DNA from: Promethearchaeota archaeon
Lineage (GTDB): Archaea > Asgardarchaeota > Lokiarchaeia > Sigyniarchaeales > SOKP01
Assembly: GCA_011364975.1 (NCBI GenBank)
Contig: RDOE01000082.1
Coordinates: forward strand, 1-14,607
DNA length: 14,607 bases
Direction: 5' to 3'
The notes beneath the pieces were generated by a model. That model saw nothing but the letters and a program-made list of their open reading frames with translations, made no database searches and had not been told where the DNA came from. The position numbers and the translations under genes were made by a program. Shown here one piece after another: positions 7,107 through 14,607 of this stretch; position 1 is the first letter of the stretch; the number at the start of each line of letters is the position of its first letter.

Positions 7107-8408
7107 ATGGTAAAAGCAGAGTATTTAACAATTGAGGATGCAATTAAGAAAAAAATTCCTATTGCTTACTTACGAGGATGGGTTTATCGAGAGAGGAAGT
7201 CGAATAAATTCATTTTTATAGTGTTAAGGGATGAATCAGATATAATCCAATGCGTTATATCTAAAGCGAAAACTCCAAAAATTTTCGAGAAAGCTGAACA
7301 ACTGACCATCGAATCTTCAGTAAAAATCACTGGAAATTTAAAAAAGGACGAAAGAGCTCCAACAGGTTATGAAATATCAGTAACTGATTTAGAGATTATT
7401 CAAATTGCTGAACCATTTCCAATAACAGAACATCAATCTCCAGAACTTTTATATGACAACAGACATTTATGGATAAGATCAAGGCATTTAACTGCTATAC
7501 TAAAAATTCGGCATACTGTTGTTGGTGCAATCCATAATTTTTTTAGAGGAAGAGGATATTATGAATTTGATGCTCCAATCTTCCAACCTACGATGTCTGA
7601 AGGAGGTTCCACATTATTTGAGGTGAAATATTTTGATGATAAAGTCTATTTAAGTCAATCATGGCAATTATACGCTGAAGCAGGTATTTTCTCATTAGGT
7701 AAAATTTATAACATGGGTCCAACATTTCGCGCTGAAAAATCGAAAACATCAAGACATTTAGCTGAATTTTGGATGGCAGAAATGGAAGCCGCATGGATGA
7801 GACTAGAAGAAGTCACAGAAGTGGCAAAAGATGAAATACGATTTATTATCCAAGAGGTTTTAAATTATAATAAAAAGGAACTAGACATCTTAGAGAGAGA
7901 TATTAGCTTATTAGAAAAATATGCTAAAGAGGAGTATCCTACAATTAAGTATGCTGAAGCTTTAAAAATTCTTAACGAAAAGTATGATATGGAAGTTCCT
8001 TGGGGTAAAGATTTAAGAACTATAGAAGAAGCAAAGATTGCAGAGCACTTTCAAGTTCCGGTAATTGTGACACATTATCCCACCGAAATAATGGGATTTT
8101 ATAAACCACCCAGTGAAAAAGATTCCAAAGAAGCATTGTGCTTTGATATGTTAGCTCCAGAAGGATATTGTGAAATAATTGGAGGATCTGAGAGAAGTTT
8201 ACTAGTTGACAATATGATGGAACGATTAAAAGCAGAAGGGGAGAATCCTGAAACCTATAATTGGTATTTTGATCTTAGAAAATATGGAAGCGTACCCCAT
8301 TCTGGGTATGGAGTTGGTGTTGAGAGAGTTGTTTCTTGGATTTGTGGAATAGATAATATAAAAGATGCAATAGCATTTCCCAGAACCATGCTTAGAAAGG
8401 CACCTTAA
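7107..8408 (+). CDS. asnS: Asparagine--tRNA ligase, archaeal type (433 aa)
   Basis: N-terminal OB fold (LRGWVYRER...FIVLRD), RHLWIRS, YLSQSWQLYAE (AsnRS-type, not AspRS QSPQLYKQ), motif 2 FRAEKSKTSRHLAEFW, EIIGGSER, motif 3 PHSGYGVGVER, FPR. Confidence 0.93.
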   Translation: MVKAEYLTIEDAIKKKIPIAYLRGWVYRERKSNKFIFIVLRDESDIIQCVISKAKTPKIFEKAEQLTIESSVKITGNLKKDERAPTGYEISVTDLEIIQIAEPFPITEHQSPELLYDNRHLWIRSRHLTAILKIRHTVVGAIHNFFRGRGYYEFDAPIFQPTMSEGGSTLFEVKYFDDKVYLSQSWQLYAEAGIFSLGKIYNMGPTFRAEKSKTSRHLAEFWMAEMEAAWMRLEEVTEVAKDEIRFIIQEVLNYNKKELDILERDISLLEKYAKEEYPTIKYAEALKILNEKYDMEVPWGKDLRTIEEAKIAEHFQVPVIVTHYPTEIMGFYKPPSEKDSKEALCFDMLAPEGYCEIIGGSERSLLVDNMMERLKAEGENPETYNWYFDLRKYGSVPHSGYGVGVERVVSWICGIDNIKDAIAFPRTMLRKAP

Positions 8409-8578
8409 ATTCTTGTACGATTCCTTAGACTTAAATCAACATGTTCATCCTAAAATTTCATTAAATAACCTTTTTTGCGACCTTTTCAGTCAAATTTTTT
8501 AGTTTACCTTTCTTTATTTCTGTAATAAAATTAAGATGGTACTTTTTTTTTAATTATTCTGTAAGTGAGATTTTACAA

Positions 8579-10048
8579 ATGAAACTTTATGAGTACATGG
8601 GTTTTGAATTAATTGAAAAAATTAGAAAAAAAGAGATAAAGATTGAAGAAATCATTAATTCTTGTTTTAATAGAATCAATGAAGTTGAATCCAAATTACA
8701 TTCATTTGTAAAATTAAATAGAGAAAATGCTCTAAAACAAGCAAAATTATTTGATAGTTTTTTAGGAAAAAAGAAGAAATTAGGACGTTTGAGTGGGTTA
8801 CCTTTAGCAAATAAGGATTTGATATGCATCAAAGATTTTCCAACAACATGTTGTTCTAAAATTTTAGAGTCTTACATTCCACCCTATAATGCAACTGTAA
8901 TTAATAAGCTAATTGACCAAGAAAATGCCGTTCATGTGGGAAATACTAATATGGATGAATTTGCTATGGGAGGAACTACTGAAAACAGTTGTTATGGCCC
9001 AACACATAATCCTTGGGATTTAGAAAGAGTACCGGGGGGTTCAAGTGGTGGTAGTGCTAGTGCCATTGCTTCGGGACAAGCAATATTTGCTCTTGGAAGT
9101 GATACGGGTGGAAGCATAAGATGTCCTGCTTCATATTGTGGTGTGGTTGGATTAAAGCCAACTTATGGTAGAGTTTCTAGATATGGATTGATAGCTTTTG
9201 CAAATTCATTAGATCAAATTGGTCCCATCACCAAATGTGTTTATGATTGTGCCCTACTGCTCGAAGTTATCTCTGGTAAAGATAATTATGATTCTACTTC
9301 TGTCAATGTTCAAGTTGATAATTATACGGAAGAAATCAAGAAATCAATTCAAGAAAAAGTTATTGGAATTCCAAAAGAGTTTTTTAGCGAGGGAATTGAT
9401 AATGTCGTAAAAAAAGAAGTAATGAAATCAATTGAGAAACTTGAAGAATTAGGAGCAAGAACAACTGAAGTAACAATCCCACATCTTGAATATGCCATTG
9501 CAACCTATTATTTAATCTGTATGAGTGAAGCAAGCTCAAATTTAGCTAGATATGATGGATTAAGGTATGGTAAAACAAGTCAAAATCAGGAAGGAGATAT
9601 TTACGATGTTTTTAGCAGGACTAGAAGTGATGGATTTGGGAGAGAAGTAAAAAGAAGAATAATTTTGGGAACATATGCATTGTCTGCTGGCTATTATGAT
9701 ATGTATTATATCAAAGCTCTAAAAGTAAGAGCTTTAATGAAAGAAGATTTTCAAAAAGCATTTGATCAATGTGACATACTAGCATCTCCTACTATGCCAT
9801 CTACAGCTTTTAAAATAGGCGAAAAAATTGATGACCCATTAAAGATGTATATGGATGATATTTTAACATGTCCAATAAATTTAGCCGGATTACCTGCTAT
9901 TTCTATACCTTGTGGTTTTAACAATGAAAATCTTCCTATTGGAATACAATTTATTGGAAATTACTTCGAGGAAAAAGTGATTCTTAATATTGCATATAAG
10001 TTAGAACAGGAATTGAATATTTTTAGAAAAATGGCTACTATAAAATAG
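8579..10048 (+). CDS. gatA: Asp/Glu-tRNA amidotransferase subunit A (489 aa)
   Basis: Amidase signature: KDLI, GNTNMDEFAMG, PGGSSGGSA, GSDTGGSIRCPASYCG, LKPTYGRVSRYGL; GatA-specific SEASSNLARYDG and EVKRRIILGTYALSAGYYD. Confidence 0.96.
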   Translation: MKLYEYMGFELIEKIRKKEIKIEEIINSCFNRINEVESKLHSFVKLNRENALKQAKLFDSFLGKKKKLGRLSGLPLANKDLICIKDFPTTCCSKILESYIPPYNATVINKLIDQENAVHVGNTNMDEFAMGGTTENSCYGPTHNPWDLERVPGGSSGGSASAIASGQAIFALGSDTGGSIRCPASYCGVVGLKPTYGRVSRYGLIAFANSLDQIGPITKCVYDCALLLEVISGKDNYDSTSVNVQVDNYTEEIKKSIQEKVIGIPKEFFSEGIDNVVKKEVMKSIEKLEELGARTTEVTIPHLEYAIATYYLICMSEASSNLARYDGLRYGKTSQNQEGDIYDVFSRTRSDGFGREVKRRIILGTYALSAGYYDMYYIKALKVRALMKEDFQKAFDQCDILASPTMPSTAFKIGEKIDDPLKMYMDDILTCPINLAGLPAISIPCGFNNENLPIGIQFIGNYFEEKVILNIAYKLEQELNIFRKMATIK

Positions 10049-10061
10049 GAGAATTATAAAC

Positions 10062-11531
10062 ATGGAAAATACAATTAAAGATGTCGTCATAGGATTAGAG
10101 ATCCATATTCAACTTACTTATCTGAAAACTAAATTATTTTGCAGTTGTGATAGTAATTATCGAAACTCATTACCCAATACCCATAATTGTCCAATATGCC
10201 TAGGATTGCCTGGAACGCTTCCTGTAATAAATAAAGAAGCGGTTGAGTTTGCTACTAGATTGGCATTAGCATTAAATAGCAAAATAAATTCATCAACCTA
10301 CTTTTTTCGAAAGAATTATTTCTATTGTGATTTACCAAAAGGATTTCAAATAAGTCAATATAATAAAGCTGGAGGAAGAGCTTTTGCAGATGGAGGACAG
10401 GTGACTATTAGTTTAAATAATCATAAAAAAGAAATTCTATTGAATAGAATCCATCTTGAAGAGGATCCCGCCAGATTAGTGCATAAAGGTAGCATTGCTA
10501 CGTCTCCTTACACATTAATCGATTATAACCGATCAGGAATTAGTTTGATAGAAATAGTTACTGAGCCGGTTATACAATCTCCTGAAGAAGCAAGGGAATT
10601 TTTGAAGAGGTTGAAATCTATTGTCCAATATACAGGAATATCTGATTTAGATCTCGAAGGTTCTGTTAGAGTTGATGCAAACATTTCTATTAAGGGACAT
10701 GAACGAAGTGAAGTAAAAAATATCAATAGTTTTAAGGAAGTTGAACGTGCGCTGCGTCATGAAATAATAAGACAAAAAAATTTTTTAAAAAGAGGAAAAA
10801 AACTATTTCAAGAAACTCGCCATTGGGATGATAAACGAAAGGTAACTTTATCTCTAAGAACTAAAGAATTTGAAGCAGATTATCGTTATTTCCCCGAACA
10901 AGATTTAGTTCCAATTGAAATTAATTCAGAATTTATTCAGAAAGTAAAAGAAAGTTTACCAGAAATGCCAAAAGAAAGAACAATTAGACTCATTAGACAG
11001 TATGTTTTATCTGAATTTGACGCAGAAAATCTTGTATTAGATAAACATATTGCTGATTTTTATGAAGTAGGAGTGAATTCAGATCCAACTTTTGGACCAA
11101 ATGAATTTAAACAATATTGTAATTGGTTGATGAATGATATCTCGGGTTGGTTAAATGAAAAAAGTATGACTATTTTACAAACTAAATTGCAACCAAAAAT
11201 AGTAGCAGAATTAGTAACTAATATTAAAGAAGGAAATATCACGACTAAAATTGCAAAATCGTTCATAAATGACATGATGAAAGGCAAATCGCTTGTTCAG
11301 ATAATAAAAGATAAAGGAAAGAAGAGAATTTCTGATCAAAAACTGCTTAAGAATTTAGCTTTAGAAGTAATAGAAGAAAATTCTAAAATTGTAGAAGATT
11401 GTAAGAGAAACTTAAAAGCAGTAGAAGCTTTGATTGGTAAGGTTATGGCAAAAACTCATGGGCAAGCAGATCCGGGTATAACTAGACGATTAATGACAAA
11501 ATTGTTAAAAGAAAAGAGATTTATAAACTAA
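10062..11531 (+). CDS. gatB: Asp/Glu-tRNA amidotransferase subunit B (489 aa)
   Basis: VIGLEIHIQL, KLFCSC..CPICLGLPG, RKNYFY.DLPKGFQISQ, IHLEEDPA, DYNRSG..LIEIVTEP, EVKNINSF, DYRYFPE, C-terminal YqeY-like domain; no GatE-type insertion. SD AGGAG at 10047-10051 overlaps the gatA stop. Confidence 0.96.
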   Translation: MENTIKDVVIGLEIHIQLTYLKTKLFCSCDSNYRNSLPNTHNCPICLGLPGTLPVINKEAVEFATRLALALNSKINSSTYFFRKNYFYCDLPKGFQISQYNKAGGRAFADGGQVTISLNNHKKEILLNRIHLEEDPARLVHKGSIATSPYTLIDYNRSGISLIEIVTEPVIQSPEEAREFLKRLKSIVQYTGISDLDLEGSVRVDANISIKGHERSEVKNINSFKEVERALRHEIIRQKNFLKRGKKLFQETRHWDDKRKVTLSLRTKEFEADYRYFPEQDLVPIEINSEFIQKVKESLPEMPKERTIRLIRQYVLSEFDAENLVLDKHIADFYEVGVNSDPTFGPNEFKQYCNWLMNDISGWLNEKSMTILQTKLQPKIVAELVTNIKEGNITTKIAKSFINDMMKGKSLVQIIKDKGKKRISDQKLLKNLALEVIEENSKIVEDCKRNLKAVEALIGKVMAKTHGQADPGITRRLMTKLLKEKRFIN

Positions 11532-11554
11532 AAAAGAGAAAAAATTTATTGTTT

Positions 11555-11908
11555 CTATAAAAATTGCTTTATTGCATCTACAGCAGCACTTAGCTTTAGA
11601 TTTATAATTCCTAATTTTGCATCTGTAGTTGCGATAATACATAATACATTCCCTTCAATTTCAGAAAAAAGTATTTTTCCTTTTCCACTTTCTATAATAG
11701 CATTATTAAATTCCCCTTGTTCTAACTCTTTCGTAGCTCTTTGTGAAGCTTTAAGAATAAGCGTCACCATAGCTGCAACCGCTTCGGGATCAACCCAACC
11801 AGGTAAAGCAGAACCTTTAATAAGACCAAATTTCTCTATGAGCGCTGCTCCATGAACACCTTTAATTGCTTTTAGGGAGTCTAGTATTTCCTCTAATGAT
11901 TGACTCAT
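11555..11908 (-). CDS. Roadblock/LC7 (MglB/LAMTOR-like) domain protein (117 aa)
   Basis: LEEILDSL..IKGVHGAALIEKFGLIKGS..P...DPEAVAAM....L.AS......L..GEF...IIES..GKIL......LCIIATTDAKLGII...L......I: classical Roadblock/LC7 pattern and length; SD AGGAG (minus strand 11918-11922). Confidence 0.88.
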   Translation of the reverse strand: MSQSLEEILDSLKAIKGVHGAALIEKFGLIKGSALPGWVDPEAVAAMVTLILKASQRATKELEQGEFNNAIIESGKGKILFSEIEGNVLCIIATTDAKLGIINLKLSAAVDAIKQFL

Positions 11909-12020
11909 TCTATTTTTCTCCTTTACATTCTTTTAATTTGATTTGAAATGTCTGCTATTTTATATATATAATACTAATAATATATTTTTTTAATTTAAGA
12001 TTTGATATTATTTTTCTATT

Positions 12021-12039
12021 AAAAAAAGAAAAAAGAAAA
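12021..12039 (-). terminator. Putative oligo-U terminator after the membrane acyltransferase
   Basis: Minus strand reads TTTTCTTTTTTCTTTTTTT immediately after the stop codon. Confidence 0.5.
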
Positions 12040-13053
12040 TTATAATTTTATTACTTTACCCCATTTATCAAGTCCAATCGCTATTATCGTTATAACTATA
12101 ACCATTATAGTAAAGATGATAAAGTCCATTTCTAATCCTATTATATCTGAAATTAGAAATTCAAAAACTATAGCTATAACATAAAGTAAGAAAGGATTCT
12201 TCCCATAACTGTCTAATATAAATATTGGCTTTTTTACTACTTTATCTAAAGCGATAAAGAGAAAGGAAAGCAATATAGAAGCGCCCATACTTATCATAAT
12301 ATAAGTGAGAGTGACTTGTCGTTTATTTGGATACCATTCTGGGATAAAGGCAAGGAGTAAACCTCCAACAAAACATATAACTCCAAAAATAGCATAAAAT
12401 AGATATTTCTTCTTCTGTTCAAAAGTCTTATTGAGCAATAATAGCTCTCCAAAACATGTTGCAAAAATCATAAGTGATGCGAACCCAAAAATAGTACCAA
12501 AAATTCCTCCATGTACCGATTCAATTGCATACCATCTCCATCCGCCGTAAATTAACATTATCTGATAAAATAGGAGCATTGAACTTGCGATTATCGCTCT
12601 GACCCTAATATTAAAGAATAGAAAAGGTATTGTTAATAATCCAACTAGTCCCAATGTCGGAAGCACATCCCAAATTACTATTGGTACACCATCAACTAAT
12701 TTTACAACACCACCTTGATCGATTATTATTACTAAATAACCTAAAACCAATAAAATAATATAACGAATAGCTAAGTGTAGGATTGCTTTTCTAACTCCAC
12801 TTTTTTCTTTACGCCTCGAAAAGGATAACGGCATTAAAAGACCCATTATTAAAATGAATGCAGGTGCACCTATATCATAGAAATTCATTGTAGTAGTGGT
12901 CGTTTGGTTTTCTGGATGTTCTAAAAAGAATCTTGCTGAAGTACGTATAATTTGGGGAAGAAATTCGGTTAAGACTAAGAGAATCATTATGAACCCTCTA
13001 GCATGGTCAATCCAATAATAACGTTTTCTCTCAATAATCTCGATTTCAGACAT
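12040..13053 (-). CDS. Multi-pass membrane acyltransferase, HGSNAT/DUF1624-like (337 aa)
   Basis: N-terminal RYYWIDHARG...ILLV (RxxxxDxxRG), FLEH (candidate catalytic His), DIGAPAFILIMG (cf. DLVFPxFLFIVG), PNKRQVTLTY, YGKNPFLLYV; about 10 hydrophobic segments; SD AGGTG upstream of the ATG. Confidence 0.7.
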   Translation of the reverse strand: MSEIEIIERKRYYWIDHARGFIMILLVLTEFLPQIIRTSARFFLEHPENQTTTTTMNFYDIGAPAFILIMGLLMPLSFSRRKEKSGVRKAILHLAIRYIILLVLGYLVIIIDQGGVVKLVDGVPIVIWDVLPTLGLVGLLTIPFLFFNIRVRAIIASSMLLFYQIMLIYGGWRWYAIESVHGGIFGTIFGFASLMIFATCFGELLLLNKTFEQKKKYLFYAIFGVICFVGGLLLAFIPEWYPNKRQVTLTYIMISMGASILLSFLFIALDKVVKKPIFILDSYGKNPFLLYVIAIVFEFLISDIIGLEMDFIIFTIMVIVITIIAIGLDKWGKVIKL

Positions 13054-13178
13054 GTTTACACCTTATTTTCTATTATTTTATATCACATAACAATTCTTAT
13101 GAAATTGATATATAAAAAAATTATTGCGCTTACTATATTTAAAGATAAAAAGTTAAATTTTCAGAATTTATTAATTTA

Positions 13179-14333
13179 GTGTTATCATTTATGCCGATTG
13201 CATACAGACATTATCAACAAGGGGATGATCATGATCTGGCCCATTTATATAACATCGCTTTCCAAATGAATGGAGCTGGTTTTGTACGCACACCAATAGG
13301 CTGGAATTGGAGATATGTCCAATCACCTTCATTTGAACCAGAGATGATTCAAATAGCTGAAGATCTACACAGCCATAAAATAGTAGGTGCCGTTCACGTT
13401 AATTTAGTTGAGAAAGTAAGAATTAATGGCAGAGAATATATTTTTGGAGATATTAATGACGTGGTATGTCATCCAGATTATACTAAGAAGGGTGTTGCAA
13501 CAAAATTATTAAAGATGGCTATTGAATTCATGCAAAAGAAGGATTGTGATTTTTCAATTTTAACCGCAGATGCTAAAGGATTTGCTAGAGAAAAAATCTA
13601 TCTACAGCATGGATTTGAAGATATTTCTCGAGCTACCCTGTTGTTTAATTTTCCAAATATTTTTAGGTTAATAAGGGATTTCCCAGGATTTATGATATTT
13701 GCACCCGTATTATTCGCAATTTCTTATATCCCGCGGTTTATTATTAGAATTTTAACTCGAAATAATCCTTTCTTTAAAGATATAAGTTATGAAATAACTC
13801 ACAATAGAAAGCATTTTGAATATATGCACGCTAGAAATAAAATAATGGCTAAATATTATTCGGGATTTCCAATATATAACACTGAAAGGTTAAAATGGGC
13901 AAGAATTAATACACCTTCAAAAAGGCACCACCCGACCTATATAATAATGCGAAAGAAGTCTAAAATTATTGGTGGTGCAATTTTTACTCGAAAAAATATA
14001 TACTCCTTTAAGCATGGGATTAAAATAAGAATGGGAATCATTCATGAGATTTTTTTAGATAAAATGCAATTTAAAAATGAGCTTAATTTGCTGTATGGAT
14101 ATAAATATTTGATAGATAAGATTTTAAAAGCAGCTACCAAAAGGTATATCAGTTTCGCTTTATATCAATCAAATGAAAATGATTTTGATGTAATTAATGC
14201 ATTTAAAACCATGAAATTTTTGAAATTCTCTTCAGCTATGATTATGGTAAAAAGTTTTAAAGAGGATTTCAAGAAGATAAACGTGAAGAAACCTTTGTTT
14301 TTACCTACGTACATCTCTTTAGGCTTTCCTTAA
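13179..14333 (+). CDS. GNAT-family N-acetyltransferase (384 aa; true start may be ATG at 13191)
   Basis: YRHYQQGDD, WNWRY..SP, IVGAV, acetyl-CoA motif A INDVVCHPDYTKKGVATKLL, motif B IYLQHGF; extended C-terminal half resembling a second degenerate GNAT domain. Confidence 0.8.
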   Translation: MLSFMPIAYRHYQQGDDHDLAHLYNIAFQMNGAGFVRTPIGWNWRYVQSPSFEPEMIQIAEDLHSHKIVGAVHVNLVEKVRINGREYIFGDINDVVCHPDYTKKGVATKLLKMAIEFMQKKDCDFSILTADAKGFAREKIYLQHGFEDISRATLLFNFPNIFRLIRDFPGFMIFAPVLFAISYIPRFIIRILTRNNPFFKDISYEITHNRKHFEYMHARNKIMAKYYSGFPIYNTERLKWARINTPSKRHHPTYIIMRKKSKIIGGAIFTRKNIYSFKHGIKIRMGIIHEIFLDKMQFKNELNLLYGYKYLIDKILKAATKRYISFALYQSNENDFDVINAFKTMKFLKFSSAMIMVKSFKEDFKKINVKKPLFLPTYISLGFP

Positions 14334-14340
14334 GGTAACT

Positions 14341-14607
14341 CTAAGCAGGATTAAATGCTGCAATCCTTTGTAATTCTTTATTTTTCAAGAATTCAATGGT
14401 AGGTAATTGCTTAACTAAATAACCATCACTCATAATTATAACTTCCCTGGGATAAGTTGAAATTACAAAAGGATCAAGGGTCACTACTATTATAGTGTGA
14501 TTATCCGCATTTAAGAATTGAAGGATTTTCATAAATCCTTTTATCATTAAAAAGTCTTGACCAGTTGTAGGTTCATCAATAATTAGAAATTTAAGGGTTT
14601 TAAATGC
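14341..14607 (-). CDS. C-terminal end of an ABC ATPase, ECF (EcfA/CbiO)-like; runs off the right edge, possibly degenerate
   Basis: Frame is open to the window edge: AFKTLKFLIIDEPTTGQDFLMIKGFMKILQFLNADNHTIIVVTLD...VIIMSDG. Walker B/D-loop DEPTTGQD is typical of ECF ATPases; the 68-aa ORF in the track is just an internal Met. Confidence 0.8.
   Translation of the reverse strand, partial: AFKTLKFLIIDEPTTGQDFLMIKGFMKILQFLNADNHTIIVVTLDPFVISTYPREVIIMSDGYLVKQLPTIEFLKNKELQRIAAFNPA

Noticed and set aside
7107-8408. Alternative call as non-discriminating AspRS partnering GatAB
   Set aside because: SQSWQLYAE, RAEKSKTSRHLAEFW and EIIGGSER match AsnRS rather than archaeal AspRS (QSPQLYKQ, RHLNE, EISSG).
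569-8496. 12-bp match TTCAGTCAAATT at 569-580 and 8485-8496
   Set aside because: A single short AT-rich match is expected by chance in 14.6 kb; no flanking similarity.
8409-8578. Possible gatC or gene remnant in the asnS-gatA gap (minus-strand open stretch HLNFITEIKKGKLKNLTEKVAKKVI)
   Set aside because: Only about 30 codons between stops, no start codon at its 5' end, wrong strand and too short for GatC; the resemblance to a GatB helix is too weak to call.
2994-11287. Short ORFs 2994-3206, 7588-7794, 8587-8832, 9219-9410, 10523-10726 and 11060-11287
   Set aside because: All nested in well-supported genes (folP, asnS, gatA, gatB); none resembles GatC or any family I recognise.

Overview
AT-rich archaeal housekeeping window, most consistent with an Asgard archaeon (Lokiarchaeia-like; inferred from archaeal-type AsnRS, pyruvoyl arginine decarboxylase, deoxyhypusine synthase, CofE, a stand-alone Roadblock/LC7 protein, BRE/TATA-like promoters and a bacterial-type gyrase). 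Gene order: gyrA (5' part, TTG start, missed by the ORF track) <- gyrB <- folP-like | cofE-like -> an unannotated 45-aa hyper-acidic microprotein -> <- deoxyhypusine synthase family | pdaD -> asnS -> gatA -> gatB -> <- Roadblock/LC7 <- HGSNAT-like membrane acyltransferase | GNAT -> <- 3' end of an ECF-type ABC ATPase. No mobile element, CRISPR array or structural RNA was recognised. The most striking item is the microprotein (4794-4931), which has its own promoter-like and SD signals and three tandem acidic-Trp motifs (DDDEWED, DEEWED, DDEEWDD) matching the Arp2/3-binding A motif of WASP/N-WASP. Also notable: a divergent folP/cofE pair (possible alternative pterin glutamylation), a divergent DHS-like/arginine decarboxylase pair, AsnRS next to gatAB without gatC, and a GyrA lacking both quinolone water-metal-bridge residues.
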